DNA of 64,000 nt from Phoronis australis (GCA_002633005.1 NMRA01000174.1:92911-156910); one strand, 5' to 3'. Counted from the first letter of the stretch, positions 27,801 to 39,605 are shown. Numbers and translations are program-made. Notes: generated by a model not told the origin, from the sequence alone.

Positions 27801-29353
27801 AATGCTTATAGTACAAATTCTATACACAACAAAGGTCCAATAGTTTACTACAAAATGAAACCACATTGCATCCAAGTTAATGTTGTGGTTACAAACCAAA
27901 CATTGTTTATATTTTGTTGGACATGAAAACATCCATGCTTGGTAAAGTTACAACTTCTAATCAATAGTCGGGTTTAGATATCAATTTTTGGCCTAGCACA
28001 ACTGACACCGAGCAAATTGAGCCATGTGCTGCTGTTTACACACACAACTCTTAACTGTGGCAAGACCGAAATTGCAGAGGCTGGAGATACTGGATTGCAC
28101 ATGCGCAGGTTTACAAATGACGAGAGTTGCAGAGACAAAGAACCCGTACGTAGGTCATTAAGCAAGCGCAGTAGAGACGATCCTTTCCGCCTTGCCCCAG
28201 TTTTGCGTTTAGACATATAATTGACACGGAGCAAGATGTTCGGGTGCAAATTGCTCTACCTCTGAGTCATAAACGGGTGGCAAAATTTGCCACTGCAGTG
28301 TCAATTTGCTCCGTGTCAGTCCCGTTTACACACTGGAACAACTCCTTCCATGTCAGCTGATTCGTGTCAACTTTTGAAGTGTAAACGGCACTTATGAAAG
28401 TTCCCATGTCTTTGTGCTTCCTCAGCAGCAGAGAATTTTGGCACCACAAATGAGTATACATTTTTACATTGTCTTTAGCCATCTCTGCTGTCATAGGTGA
28501 AGTGGCTTATAATTACCCCCAAGGCTTTTATAGTACCTTTGCTATCCATATTGTGTGCAGTGAGCAGATGAATACTGGCTGTGAAGCCGCACAGCCAGTC
28601 ACTTATTGGGACTCTAGTTGTGTCAACAGAGCATTTTTGTCTTGTGGTCATTACTGGCTTTCATCTGATAGTATTATCAAGCTTGTTAATTCTGATGGCA
28701 TAAACTATCACTGCCCTGATCATTGAACCAGGGGATTGCACAGACTCTGTAATGGTGAACTTAACAAGACAATAATCTAAATGTCCAAACCAAGTTTGTT
28801 TTCAAAGGGTCATAGTCACAGCATGCCACCCATGGCATCAGATCCCAGATTTCTGAGTGTCGCAATAATTAATCAACCTGTTGTGTTGGTTTTCCATATA
28901 TGTCTGCCTCAGGAAAAACAAAAGCACTGTTTAAATGACAGCAAACACAAACCTTTTGGACATCTTAAGCATAATTCATGTTCTATTGTACAAAATCAGA
29001 TTATCTAGGACTTACTTATCAATAATGCAAATTCCCTGGTGTCCAATTCAAGCCTCAAAAGCATTGCCCTAAACTCAGTTCTCCTTTGTCATAGAGATAA
29101 TAAAACACACAATAAGATTGACCATAAGTTCTGAAATGTCAAACTTTCCTAGTTGAGTTGGAACAATCAAAGAACTGTTTGTGGCATATCTAATAATATA
29201 CATAGGCAAATTTAGGGAGCCAACCACAATCTGAAAATAAACTCCATCAGCATACCAATTTTATAGCCTAAGCAGACACTTCCATTGGAAACTATGGCTG
29301 CATGGGCCCGAATCACAACATCTTAGAACTGGCGGTGATGTATACAACAAATT

Positions 29354-29391
<38 letters not shown>

Positions 29392-32300
29392 GTATGCTAA
29401 CAAATGAAAAACAATATGCTTTTACTTGTTCTGTTCTTAACATCCTTCACATTACTGATAATCAAGGTGTGCCAAATAAATTGAATATACAAACTTTAAA
29501 AGAGTACCATCATACACTCTTTTGAGCAATATGACTCTGAATGATTAGGCACTGATACGTGATGAATTAAATGATGAACATACAATGTTCAGATAGTTAA
29601 AACTGTGTATATTATTTGAAAAAATGTCTTTCCATTGACATTTTTCAAATTGCAAAGAGTGAATTAAGTGAAGTAACAGAATTCCCAATAAGTAGCCTTG
29701 TCGATAATAGCGAAGGACAAAATTCAAGATAATTTTGGTGTGCTAACTGAAGGGAGTGTTCGAAACAAGTGGAGAACTACCGCAGTAGTTAAGAATCCTG
29801 GACAAAACCTGAAAAGGAGATCAGGAAAGTGACTAACACATGGGTAGCATTACAGGAAGCCCTGAATATCGCTAAAGTTCGTAAAGTTAGGGTGCTCGTT
29901 TTTTTCAGGAATGCGTCACATCATGCTTCATGGAGCTAGCACCAACATAAAAATATTGAAACGGCAGGTAAGGGTATAACTACTTTGTAGTTCCGGACTA
30001 TCATTTTTACCAAACTCTCTTTTGCATATTAAAAACAAAATAACCTGAAGTTCCAGCAGATAATTGACCTGAGAGAACTCTGGTGTGAATACACAAAATC
30101 GCACATATGGAATTTCTACTATTAGGTCTTCTCATGCTCTCTGAACAAAAGGCAGATCTACCATCTGGACACAGGGCAGATATTTGATCTTATGTAAAGA
30201 CTCATACATTTTGACACCATAACCTGTGGAGATTGGGCAACTCCATCATAACAATTTGTTGGTTCAGACCAAAAGGGTCTTTTATAATAACGTCGACGCG
30301 TGGATGTTTTGGGGAGTTGCGGTCAGTATGAATGCTTACTTCGTCGGTCCTGGATTGAAGTTAACAGCGCCAGTTAACTTTGCACTAAACAGGTGGATTT
30401 AAGAGCGGAGCGTCGACGCTGTGGTGCAGTATGAACGGTCAACTTAGGTCCTATCAAAATTGGACTATACATAACAATCTTGGCCCGGGTAGGTGGCCGT
30501 GTGAATTCATCAATAGATTTGTACAAAGACTGCAGTAGATAGAATCCTAGGATACCAGGAACAGTGATCAGCTTATTTTGTGCAGCAAGGCAATTACTGC
30601 ATTAGCAGTGACTACGAGGCAATGAAATACTGGATGATTATTGTGCACTGGTGATTTTTTATCTGTTTGACTTCTGAAATTGAATTCCCCAAGATGTTAC
30701 CGCCAGTTTTCGAAGAAATACAATAAATATTAGCCAAGAACAATGCTCACATTTCAGTGGCCTTATAGGGCACCTAATTGATTTACAACTTGTTAGGTCT
30801 AACAAAAGACCACAAGAAGGTTACACAATAGATTAGGTTGGTATCTGATCTTGGAAACCTGCGAATCTTTTGGAGTTGAAACTGAAAATGCTGGATAACA
30901 AGTTATTCCTAGATCGCCATCATATACCTGATGCCAGGGTTGGTTCCCTTGACAAATCTACATTTTCTGAACTGAAAATTACTTGCAGAACATCTTAATT
31001 GGTATGCTGTTGTTTTCTCACTGAACAAAATGAAATTGATTAGGGCTAACCTGGGGCTACCACTGCTAGGCACTAATGTACCACATGCTGTAAATTTTTC
31101 TTAATTAACTTACTTTTTCTTAGACAAATGTTTACCATTGTGACAATGCACAAGACATTTTAGGGGATTCTTGTGAAAAATAAAATCCATTGCAGGCTGA
31201 CACAATTAATAGCAACATTAGTCAGTTGGTTTCAATTCAATCATTTTTTTTCTAAAATAAGTAAATTGTATCACAGTACAATCATCACATAGATTTCTAA
31301 AAGGATAATAAATTCCAGTTGAAAAGGGTGTTTCAAATAGCAGGCAATTCTCTGGGCCTAAATTATTGAGCAGCTTCAGACGTTTGATAATGTGCCGCCT
31401 CAGCAAGCCCAAGTGGCTCGATCATTAATGAACTACAGTAGCTAGTTTGAGTTAACAGGAGAAGATTGATACTATTTTGCACAACTATCCTTTAATGGCT
31501 ACATGTCAGATAATTACACAACAGGAGGATACAGTCACCTAGCTCATCCCATCACTACCGACTGCTCAGTGAATGGTGTTGTCCCAGTGAGAAGTTTCCA
31601 GGGAGTTTAGTCCTGTGATTAATAACAAAATGTGTTATTTAACCTCTACCATATCAAAACATCCAAGAAGGTAAATTAAAAATTACTGGTAGATACAGTG
31701 CTGTAGTGGGGCGTAGGCACACGTAGGTGCAGCCAACCACCTTTTGGCATTTGAACGTAGCGCCTATGCACCGTAAGTTACATTCAAGGCGACACGGTGG
31801 GCTTTGGGCGCCTACTTACCTCTAATTTTACCACTACAGAACTGAGTAGATAAGGAAAAATGTGGTTTACTCTGAACACATTGCTGGTAAATTTCATGAC
31901 AAGATGGAGCACCTCATCATCTATGATTCATCCCTCTGGCAGTATCACAGTCGTGAATTGTTGTCAGGCTATACTCAGCTTATCTGGACTTAGTCATTGG
32001 TTTCTGCTAAGATGACTATATTCAAGGGTTTACAACCGGCAAAATCAAAGAAGTGACGTGTCAAGTATGATTTTGCATTATTTTGAATTATATTGAACTG
32101 AAAATGATCTACAATTTCAAAATTTCAATTAATTAAAAAAGTTAGGCCATTCAAAATAAAACAATAGGTTATGTTGGCAATTAGTTTTTGGCCAGGGCAA
32201 TGATACACAAACTCATTTACTAAACTAGTTAAGAATATGCATACTATATTGCCCGGCATGAATCTTGACCCATCACTTTTGCACATTTCTTGCCAGTGCA

Positions 32301-35300
32301 CCACCCGGGTGAGAATTTTACACATATTACATGCTCAAAGCATATCAAACGCGGCAAAAATTGTGCAATATGTGTAAAAAGCATGTAGTCCATGTACGAA
32401 AACTATCTGGGTGAGCATTTTACAAATTGTAAAAAGCGTGTAATCCGTATTAAAAAAACTGCCACGTTAGCATGTAAAATGTGTAAAAATACGACACATT
32501 ACATGTCAAATGTGTAAAAAAAGTGTCATGCTCATGTGTAAAATGTGTCAAAATATGACACGTAAATGTGGCAAATGTGTAAAATCTGCCATGCTCACAA
32601 TGTAAAACGTGGCAAGCGTGTCATTATTTGATACGCAAACATGGCTACGTGTAAAAATTGCTACGCACACATATAAAACATGGCAAGCGTGTCATTATTT
32701 GAAACCCAAACTTAGCAAACATGTAAAAATATTACAGGCTATCAGAAAATACACCAGATATTCTTCCTACAATGAAAAACATGTCAAATGTGTAAATAAG
32801 TCTGGCACATTTGTAAAAATGGAATTTATGCTCGACTTATGTCCCGAAAATGCCTAGGTGCGTCGTAAGCTCCATTTCCAGAGATAAAAAGGAAACTGTG
32901 CATAGACGAAATAATGGTAATATCTTATGACACCATAATGGAACAGAAATATGAGTGTAAATTAATAAATAAACGTAAAATAATAATCTCTAGAAAGATG
33001 GACAATAAAAAGCGCAGCACTCAGATGAGAGGAACTACCTGAATGGGGTGATAGTGGGTGGGAAAAAATGAAGAGACATTAAATTCGAACGTAAGTGCCG
33101 TTGAATCGAAGGAATGACAGGAAACATATGATTATTGAGAACAAAGGTTAACCTTAAGACATGTGACAATCATCAGCAGTTAGAATGGCCATTCAATGTT
33201 TTGGCCACTCATTTTCACGCAAGTGTATCAATTCACAATTGGTTATTTGGAACTGTTTCTTAGGTTCAATACCATTGTATACTACAGCTTAAAGATTGTG
33301 CCTTGAAAAATAGTACATTTACATTAATGTCAATTGGGAAGAGTTTTGAAACAAGTAACTAGAATAGTTAGAAAATCACATAAATAGCTAAAACGCAATT
33401 TCACTAGTTTGATCGCTCAAAACGATGCAATTGACACACACAATATTGGCAGTGATTTGAATTTTACATGCATGTAATATTATCATATTTCAATACCTCG
33501 CTTTATATATCTTCAATTTTAAAGTTCAATTTCAACCATTCTTAAATATATCATTTTTAAAAATTCACATCAAGATGCCCTCTTGGAAAGCAGTGCTGTC
33601 ATTCAGGCCACCCTCATTTTAAGTATAATAAATAAAATCAAAATAATTGCTTCGATGGCTGTTGTTACAGCATCAACTCACATTTTGACTTGGCTTGGAT
33701 GAGAACACGACAATTCTGAACATTGATATTTTCGCAGGTTTGGGCTCCAAAATGAATATGAATTTGATATTACGACAATAAGTTGAAGTGTTCTTGCTAT
33801 AAAAAATGTTACAAAGTGCATCTTTCCTTCACTTCAATTCATGAATTGTCTTCAAGCAACTTTCAAAGCTTACATGACTCAAAAGATAACATATATATTA
33901 TATAGCAACTTATTCATTTAGAATTTGTAGGTTGGATCATTTTTTGTTTCTGTGTTAACTTTCATACATCATTCTAGACATAATGATATTTAGTGATAAC
34001 AATGGTAAGAACTATTCAGTTACATATGCTTCTAAAGATTCTACTTTATTATCACATTTTAGAGTTTACATGTTTACACTGTATAGTAAATAATGACTTA
34101 GAGAAGAAATTCCATTACTCCTAAATACTTTTGCATAGTATGAACTTGCATGGTGCAAGGTAAGCTGCTATAAACAATTTAGGGTTTGTCCTCTCTCAGG
34201 CTGCCGGGTCGCTACCATGGATTACATGCTACGTGGCAAAACACCATGTATTACATGCTAACATGGCAAAGTACCACAGTTTAACCGCTAGCATGGCAGA
34301 ACAGCATTTGAACGAAAAGTTACACGGTTTTGACATGTTTGCCATGAAAGTTACACGTGGTGCCACATGACATGCCACGTTTTTGCCATGTTTTACAAGT
34401 TTGACGTGGAACGTTTTGAACATTATACATGTTTGACACGCCATGTTTGACACGCTGCGTTTGACGCATTTGACATACCACATTATACACGTTTGAAATG
34501 CCACATTCTGTACGTTTGACACGCCATCCTGTTTGGCATGTTTGAGGCTACGTTTTACACGTTTGGCGGCATTCCAGTACTCCACGTTTCAAACCATGAC
34601 AAAGACGTAAAAATTCTCACCAGTCAGGCTTGGTACTGGGGATTTTCAAAAGAGCCTCCAAGCTCAGCTCTTTTGGATATTTTCTCAAAGTGATTTTGCA
34701 TCTTTAAAATGCCCCCAGGGGTGCACTTTCAAAAAAGAAAGGTGGGGATGTTTCGCAAACCTGTGCAGCATATCGCACCATCTTCATAGAACAACGGGCT
34801 TTAAACTTGCTGTAAGAGGGAGTAAGTGGTTGCAACTCGGTGACAGCGGCCTCAGAAGCAGTCATTTGTTTCTACATAGATTTTTACTTTGGTCGACATG
34901 AAACACCAGCCAGGTTTCACTTTTAATAATCCTCCACTTGTTTCACACAAATATAATTGCCAAAATTGTCATTTTCCATTGTTCAAAAGCTATTACCAAG
35001 CTAACAATAATGGGAGCTTTTACAAACATTGTGTTATGACTTCCATCCAGTGCAAACCAAGGTAATAGGTACACAAGAAATTTTCTTAATCTTTTATCTT
35101 TGTGGAAAATCTTACAAAGTAAAATTTCATCAGTCTACCATGGTTCGTGCTAAATGCGTGAACAATTACCACAGTTTGGCTTCTATAAAAGTAGCTTAAC
35201 TTGAGATGCCCGCATGTCCTAGAAAATTCAAGTCATCAATAAATTTGAAATACTGGAAAAACCATAACTGAAAAAATAATGACATTTCAGTTGCCACATT

Positions 35301-37039
35301 TTCCAGGCACGTAACATGTCATATCATCAAAGGAGCAGTATTTGCAATGTGCGTTATTTCTCTTTTCTTCTGTAGCTATCAAAAGATTCCTGCCACTGAA
35401 ACAATGGAAATGTCCAGTTTAGAATGACTAACCTTGTTTTTATAGTCTGCTTGATGTGTCTGTTCACAATGCCCAAACATGAAAGAAGCCATGCAGTTAT
35501 AAAAGTCCAGGTGATATGGTAATTATTATCCCATGAAAATTGCGATGTAGCGCCTAATCAATTCATCAGTCTTTACCGATAATGCAGCGCCTGGGGATCA
35601 CAGTTATTGACAAGGTGACCAAAAATTGCTGAGAACTCCTATTGCGAGTGCCAGGTCTGCTAATTCCCACCCCCTTTTGCGGGATAGGTTTTTCTGCCTC
35701 ACATCCTTTTGCAGGGAGCTTTTTCTGCTCCATCCTCTTTTGCAGGGACAAAATGGAAATTTAGGAGCCCGCTGGATTCCGCGTGGGTCCCGGTAAACTT
35801 GCTGAAAAATACCGCCCACCGGCAATTTTTGTTATACACCAGTGGGCACCTTGTCAAATGAGTGACCCCGGATGCTGTGCATCTGTAGGCAGTTGGGTTG
35901 CAGTTGTACACAACTAACTTGCAAATAACTTGAGTACTTTTCAATTAATTTTTTTCATCATTTAGATGCCAATTAAATTTGCGGTAGTATAATGAGGTGT
36001 AAAGAACACAACCAAAATTTGAAAAGGTGAGTGTGGTGTGATAACTCAGTTCTTTACTTTGTGACTTCGAAGTGAATTAGCAGCCCTACCTTTCAAATTA
36101 GTGCACCATTAAGCAAATGTTACGCTAACACTGAGGATTTGCATGAAACTGAAGGAGAAAGAGTGCACCCCGAGAGTATCCACTGAATTCCGTCCTTGGC
36201 ACATCAAAAGCTTGATGGCGCTATCAGGGATTGAAATGAGCTAGTCACTATTCATGAGCTTGGCTGAATGTGTTGAATGAGATAATTGTGGTTGTAAACT
36301 AATACCATTGTTTAGCATATTAGTTTCTAAATCAAAAGACGTACAATAAGTAACTACGCAAACCACCAACAATACTATTTTTAAAATTGAAAGGTTAATA
36401 GTAACCATCTTTGAATGTTTAAATGGATGCTATACAAGATAAGTTAAAAACAAATAAGTTATCTTCAGCATCACAGTAACCCACAAGCATTACTTTGTGA
36501 ATCGAATAAGACCACTTAGTCATAGCTAGGTTAGGCTGGCTTAGGGGTAACAAAACCCCAAATGTTAGCATGGGAGTTGTCTCATGATGGCCTTGCATAG
36601 TAATTGCAGCTGCTTTTAGATTTACAAGTGTTTTAAACTGACAGGGATAATGTATCCCTGCCTGGGAACAACTTATTGAGACTCCAGTGTAAATGTGGTA
36701 GGATAATAAAGAGCTTAAGACTATACAAATGTACAAAATGGCAGCCACTGTAGTGGATGGTCAACAAGACTGACATGGTGAATTAGTGTTTGTAAACTAA
36801 CCAGTAACTTCCATAAGCCAAGATTTTCAATGCTTGCAAGTATCTAGCATTACAGAATGCACCACATGTCTTCCTGTCGGTCACACTTCATAGTAGAAAA
36901 AGCTTTACACGTCAATAATTACCTTGAACAAGTTGCATGCAATGACGTCATGCTCAGGTAGAAACATTGGAGTGTGAGCAGCTGTTATCACCTGTGCTTT
37001 ATTATAAGTCACCATCATGTCCAGGGAGACAGACTCGTT
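740..37039 (-). CDS. Multi-exon gene encoding a MyTH4-FERM domain protein (partial; 10 exons, probably continues beyond the left window edge)
   Basis: Exons 37039-36923, 25270-25040, 13891-13763, 11302-11144, 8814-8744, 7508-7139, 5815-5718, 4058-3965, 2831-2442 and 879-740 all have AG/GT boundaries and matching phases (0,0,0,0,2,0,2,0,0). They join into a stop-free ORF of about 600 aa. MyTH4 motifs: LRDEIYCQLMRQ, W.LL..C..CF.PS, RKYPPS..E. FERM motifs: GWAVFE, DPVAVHLLYHQA, LAGLQAQV, AMLKYI..C..IPLFG. Confidence 0.9.
1464..2390. mobile_element. MITE family B copy 1, interrupted by a family A insertion
   Basis: Imperfect TIRs ataaggcaactcttatgcgaaca / tgttagccaaggagttgcctcat. Internal blocks (gcacatcaaaag.ttgatggc..., ccaaatgttagc) are shared with about 36108-36587 and 48970-49865. 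Confidence 0.7.
1689..2125 (+). mobile_element. PIF/Harbinger-like MITE family A copy
   Basis: Ends agtgccatttacac / gtctaagtgggact with 3-bp flanks aaa/aaa. An inverted homolog lies at 27966-28392. Confidence 0.75.
2442..2831 (-). CDS. Exon: end of FERM F2 and F3 (PH/PTB-like) lobe (KHGKNLSNEDAMLKYINICLEIPLFGS...LAVHRSGIKVL...SDFESLK)
   Basis: Acceptor ttttgttctAG, donor AAG|GTAAGT, 390 nt, phase 0/0. Overlaps ORF 2433..2816. A...Y...C...PLFG and LAV...GI.VL motifs. Confidence 0.93.
3965..4058 (-). CDS. Exon: FERM F2 (YADACEHFFPKSLQRKMEDKNLNRELPIYHM)
   Basis: Acceptor tcttattcAG, donor ATG|GTAAAT, 94 nt, phase 2/0. FFPK corresponds to the F2 'Y(L/I)P' motif. Confidence 0.88.
5718..5815 (-). 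CDS. Exon: FERM F2 (MDCYDISLSIAQQLAGLQAQVTWGPHDANEDLR)
   Basis: Acceptor cattaaccAG, donor AG|GTGAAG, 98 nt, phase 0/2. A..LA.LQ.QV..G motif. Confidence 0.92.
6651..6852. mobile_element. Small degenerate MITE (about 200 bp)
   Basis: Inverted repeats tggtcacgtgggaccag (6651-6667) and ctggtcccacgtgatca (6836-6852). A related gtcacgtgggac occurs near 1010. Confidence 0.5.
7139..7508 (-). CDS. Exon: Ser-rich F1 insert, end of F1 and start of F2 (...RFMLRKRFINDSDLRDPVAVHLLYHQAVHSVTE)
   Basis: Acceptor ttcattcactgtAG, donor GAG|GTACGC, 370 nt, phase 2/0. Overlaps ORF 7079..7399. DP...HLLY.QA is the FERM central-lobe motif. Confidence 0.92.
8374..8722. repeat. 14-bp minisatellite, about 25 units (GTGCTGACCGACCG grading into GTACTGACCCACTA)
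   Basis: Direct tandem periodicity of 14 nt visible throughout. Confidence 0.95.
8744..8814 (-). CDS. Exon: FERM F1 continuation (NYMNEFDYIKEDEYVADIVASWEK)
   Basis: Acceptor ttgttttAG, donor AA|GTAAGT, 71 nt, phase 0/2. 'E.V.D..A.WE' is typical of MyTH4-FERM F1 lobes. Confidence 0.9.
10080..10498 (+). mobile_element. Helitron/Helentron-like non-autonomous element, short copy (family D)
   Basis: The 5' part acaagagcaat...gaaatgcgcc...ccatccgaaa is homologous to 51336 onward. The 3' end has a hairpin cccac-acataaatac-gtggg followed by CTAG at 10495-10498. Confidence 0.5.
11144..11302 (-). CDS. Exon: FERM F1 (ubiquitin-like) lobe start (VFRTFSPLMVRVYFPDEKIKLINVHPTMTIGEMVHLVTEKVHIQSAEGWAVFE)
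   Basis: Acceptor ctttgcttccAG, donor GAG|GTAACA, 159 nt. V.VYFPD...T.TI.E......GW(F)AVFE pattern of FERM F1. Confidence 0.92.
11572..11735. repeat. Degenerate (GGT/GAT)n trinucleotide microsatellite
   Basis: Runs of ggtggtggt and gtgatagtggt. Explains the Gly/Val-rich ORFs 11540..11761 and 11668..11994. Confidence 0.85.
13763..13891 (-). CDS. Exon: MyTH4 C-terminal part (CLKSHLLHCKDPDLEKHVAFCLKHLEEKNRKPRKYPPSTDEIM)
   Basis: Acceptor ttttgcAG, donor ATG|GTAAGT, 129 nt, phase 0/0. R..PPS..E motif ends the MyTH4 domain. Not in the ORF track. Confidence 0.92.
14310..14870. repeat. Diverged tandem dimer, unit about 310 bp
   Basis: caatgc.att.caactaaggtatgtttttc...tctcagaaatggatgat...caaat.aaac occurs near 14321 and again near 14634. 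Confidence 0.7.
16123..16644 (+). mobile_element. Harbinger-like MITE family C copy 1
   Basis: TIRs agtgctttcccattag / ctaatgggacagcact with flanks ttg/tta. Inverted homologs at 46926-47405 and 62943-63365. Confidence 0.75.
17156..17311. mobile_element. hAT-like mini element with a 5-bp TSD (ATATT)
   Basis: Ends cagg...ctaaattcgccactg with ATATT at 17151-17155 and 17312-17316. GC-rich ggggggtc..gacccccc subterminal hairpin. Confidence 0.6.
20124..20909. mobile_element. Long-TIR non-autonomous DNA element with an apparent 6-bp TSD (GTTTTC)
   Basis: tatggaaagccaaag...caggacac...attcaa...ttaaattctctgcag mirrored by ctgcagagaatttaa...ttgaat...gtgtcctg...ctttggctttccat. GTTTTC at 20118-20123 and 20910-20915. 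Confidence 0.75.
20549..20700. repeat. 18-bp tandem array TCTCCTGGCTTAAAATTT (6 perfect units plus degenerate ones)
   Basis: Direct inspection. Produces the SWLKIF repeats in ORF 20479..20784. Confidence 0.95.
21891..22721 (+). mobile_element. MITE family F copy 1 (CGGATAGTTCTAAAA termini, 7-bp TSD AAATGTG)
   Basis: TIR cggatagttctaaaa / ttttagaactatctg. AAATGTG at 21884-21890 and 22722-22728. Subterminal CCCCTCGACCC/GGGTCGAGGGG repeats. Colinear with 61380-62259. Confidence 0.9.
24277..24644. mobile_element. Near-palindromic MITE with a 5-bp TSD (TCATC)
   Basis: caaggtacctaaactacac...acggactcataaacacg mirrored by cgtgtttatgagtccgt...gtgtagtttaggtaccttg. TCATC at 24272-24276 and 24645-24649. 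Confidence 0.88.
25040..25270 (-). CDS. Exon: MyTH4 core (DICKYTRG...DLRDEIYCQLMRQSNENPSEECRLYTWNLLAACSACFVPSEKLRL)
   Basis: Acceptor ttcgtcttctcAG, donor CTG|GTGAGT, 231 nt. Carries the hallmark MyTH4 LRDEIYCQL..Q...NP motif and overlaps ORF 24926..25189. Confidence 0.95.
27966..28392 (-). mobile_element. PIF/Harbinger-like MITE family A copy (inverted relative to 1689-2125)
   Basis: Ends agtcgggtttaga / gtgtaaacggcact. The reverse complement aligns with 1689-2125, which explains the similar ORFs 1851..2036 and 27974..28249. Confidence 0.8.
29354..29390. repeat. (TACATA)6 hexanucleotide microsatellite
   Basis: Direct inspection. Confidence 0.9.
30272..30459 (+). repeat. Interspersed repeat family E copy 1
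   Basis: ttttggggagt...gtatgaat...ggtcctggattg...ttaactt.gca.taaacaggtggatttaa is shared with 45896-46081. Confidence 0.7.
31696..31844. mobile_element. hAT-type MITE (149 bp, 8-bp TSD)
   Basis: TIR cagtgctgtagtgg / ccactacagaactg. Flanks ggtagata / agtagata match at 7 of 8 positions. Confidence 0.8.
32303..34623. mobile_element. About 2.3-kb non-autonomous DNA transposon with mirrored subterminal repeat arrays (EnSpm/CACTA-like)
   Basis: Termini ggtgagaattttac / gtaaaaattctcacc. The left arm (to about 32830) is rich in tgtgtaaaa/catgtcaaa; the right arm (from about 34220) is rich in the complements tttgacacg/ttttacac. AT-rich non-coding core. Confidence 0.65.
36108..36587 (+). mobile_element. 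MITE family B copy 2 (uninterrupted)
   Basis: Shares ggcacatcaaaagcttgatggcgct...ctagtcactattca and aacaaaaccccaaatgttagc...gttg.ctcatga with the copies at 1464 and 48970. Confidence 0.7.
36923..37039 (-). CDS. Exon: MyTH4 N-terminal part (NESVSLDMMVTYNKAQVITAAHTPMFLPEHDVIACNLFK)
   Basis: Acceptor tttcctgttttccAG, donor AAG|GTAATT, 117 nt, phase 0/0. ACNLFK joined to DICKY gives the typical MyTH4 'A..LF..I.KY' helix. Confidence 0.8.
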
Positions 37040-39605
37040 CTGGAAAACAGGAAACATTGATGACTGAAGTGAAACTAATTGACTACTAAAGATTTACGTC
37101 ATAGACATCATGTAATAGAATTGGCGTTGTCGTCATCGAGACACTACATGTGCCTGCTTACAAACCAGTGAGAGCTAATCACCTTTATCATATTTCAATC
37201 CTCTTGCTCAGCAACTTAAAATAGCACACCTGTGAACTGCACAATTAGACATCCCTGACTTACATGACTAACACCTGTACAACTGTATGAATTTAGTCAT
37301 CTTTACTACAAGAGCCTACAGCAGATGGTTGACATTTACCCTCAGGGAGAGCTTGTCCATTTAATGAAGAGGAGAGACCAGTGCAGTTCCTAGGAACTAG
37401 GAAAATGGGTGTTCAAAATAACACCACTTAGATGATGAAAAATCACAACCTGACGACGATGCCTAATAGGGCAAAATATACCCGAGTTAGCAGCAAAGCA
37501 ATGAATTACTGTTAAAACAGCATCATTTTCTCTGTTTAGTGGACTAAAAATGAAAATTAAATTAGCCTTTTACTCTTATAAAATCAGTCTTGCCAGTTGT
37601 AATATTCCATATCATGGTAGGATTCCATATCAATTATCAACTCAGGTCAGATATCCCACAATTGCGTATCCGAGCCATTCTTGAATTCGAAATTTTAGGG
37701 TTGGCAAAACCCTAAAACTCTGAAGTGTTTTCTTGGGTCGCTGATGGTTTTGATGTTCTTGTTGGTAATAGAATCCTATCACCATAAGGAATATTATGGG
37801 CTTAGCTATTCACTGATCCACAGGGGGTAATAAAACAAATATCTTTTTAGCTAGGACCACAAACCTTTTGATAAGTTGAATTTGTTTACTTACACAGGTC
37901 AAATGTGACAGTTGTACACAAAGAGCAGAGTTCACAAAGAACTGCTTTCAATAACCCTCCACGTCAATTTCAAAAAGCTTGTCTTGTGTTAAGGACAGCC
38001 ATGATTTACAACCATCTGCAAAATTCTAAAGTCACTATGTGGACTAGTTGCCCCCTCCAAGCCCAAAATGAAGACATTGTGAGAGTTGTTTTGGGATCGT
38101 TTGGCATGTCTGGTACATGTGGGAAATTTTTTACTTCAACAGGATTGTTAAAACATTGATCATTAGTTCAAAGAAGTGTTGTCTGACTTGTAGTAACTCA
38201 GCTGCTGACAGCTGGCAATATAAGTTACTGAAAGAACCCGCCACATTTTTCGTGGGGCTCTTTCGGAAATCCCTGGTGGAGTTTAAGTAGTGCAATCAAC
38301 CCACTGACAGACACCTAAGGTTCACATGAATAGCGAAAATATTAGCAGTTTCAACAAAACAGAAAATTTGAATCAAATTTTGGAATTTGCTCACTTGAGT
38401 TAGCAATGTTGCGTCCGTCTCTCACCAACTTCAGTTTGGCTAGTGATGTTACAGTGAAATCTTGCCAATTTCGGAAAAAAATAATTGCCAAAAATAGCAC
38501 TTTCTTCGCTTTTCAAGTGCGTCAAACACTGTTGTGAATGGTCACAATTTTTAAAATATTGTCTGTTGGTAGCTAATTGTAAAGAACTTGAAAATGGCAA
38601 AGCATCATTTTGGGGCTGTCCATCATTTCTGGACAAATGAAAAAATAAATTTCATCCGTTCGCCATATTGTGTCCTAAATTGGTGAGATTTTACCATATT
38701 ATCATTCTGGCCAATACATGGCATGTTAACCAGATGATGCGGCATCGAGGTCAGGACACTATCCCATAAGTGCGGCAGTGAGATGGAACCTTAATCCACC
38801 TTGTTTGTTCAGACTCGAGGGGCTCTCGATGCATTCGTTGCCAGAACGATAATAACATTACTAGCCAAGCTGAAGTCTTTTTTCTATATTTTGTTACCTC
38901 AACTGAGTGTCTCAAAACTTTTATGCTGCTAGCAGTTTCACTGAGCAAAATACCTGCGAAATGCAACTAAAACACTAATGAAAAGCTGTCATCAAAGGTG
39001 TCCTTTTCACCGGCAGTTAGTTCATTTCCTCACTACCTACATTACTTTTAAGTGAAAGCTGATTTCAAAACAAAAACCTTCACTCTATGCCATCAACTGA
39101 TTTAAGGGAAGGTTTCTCTATAACCCTTCTTGTCCTTGTGTGTCCTTGAATTAAGCAGTCTGGCATCGAAAATGGTAGCAAAAACGCCAGCAGTTTTAAG
39201 GGTAACTCAAACTGCAAACAAAGTGTCGCGTCATGTTAGTTTACTTGGGACCGATACGATTTACGAGTTTACTTCTACATAATGCCACTGTGACATTAAC
39301 TCTCTATTATTTACTCAATAAAATCATGAAAGTTCAGTTTTTGTTTGCGGCCCACAAAACATTTCAAAACCAATTCCTAGCAGCATTTTGGAAAACAGTG
39401 CACCAATCATAGCATCTGAAGGTTCATTTTAATTCGATCAGTCGTATATGAGATAACTTGTTATGAATTATGACCAACTTAAGAAATCGTTGGGATTCAG
39501 AGCATTAGAAGCTTATTTGAAAAACAAAGAACAAATTTGACAATTATTTTTGTCCACAAATTGTGAGATTCCAAAGTACATGTAACAATCAGTAAAAACA
39601 CAAAC

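Noticed and set aside
29016-29090. Minus-strand peptide RAMLLRLELDTREFALLI resembling a MyTH4 start, next to a GTAAGT donor
   Set aside because: The donor is phase 1, incompatible with the phase-0 exon at 25270. Exon 36923-37039 fits in phase and motif.
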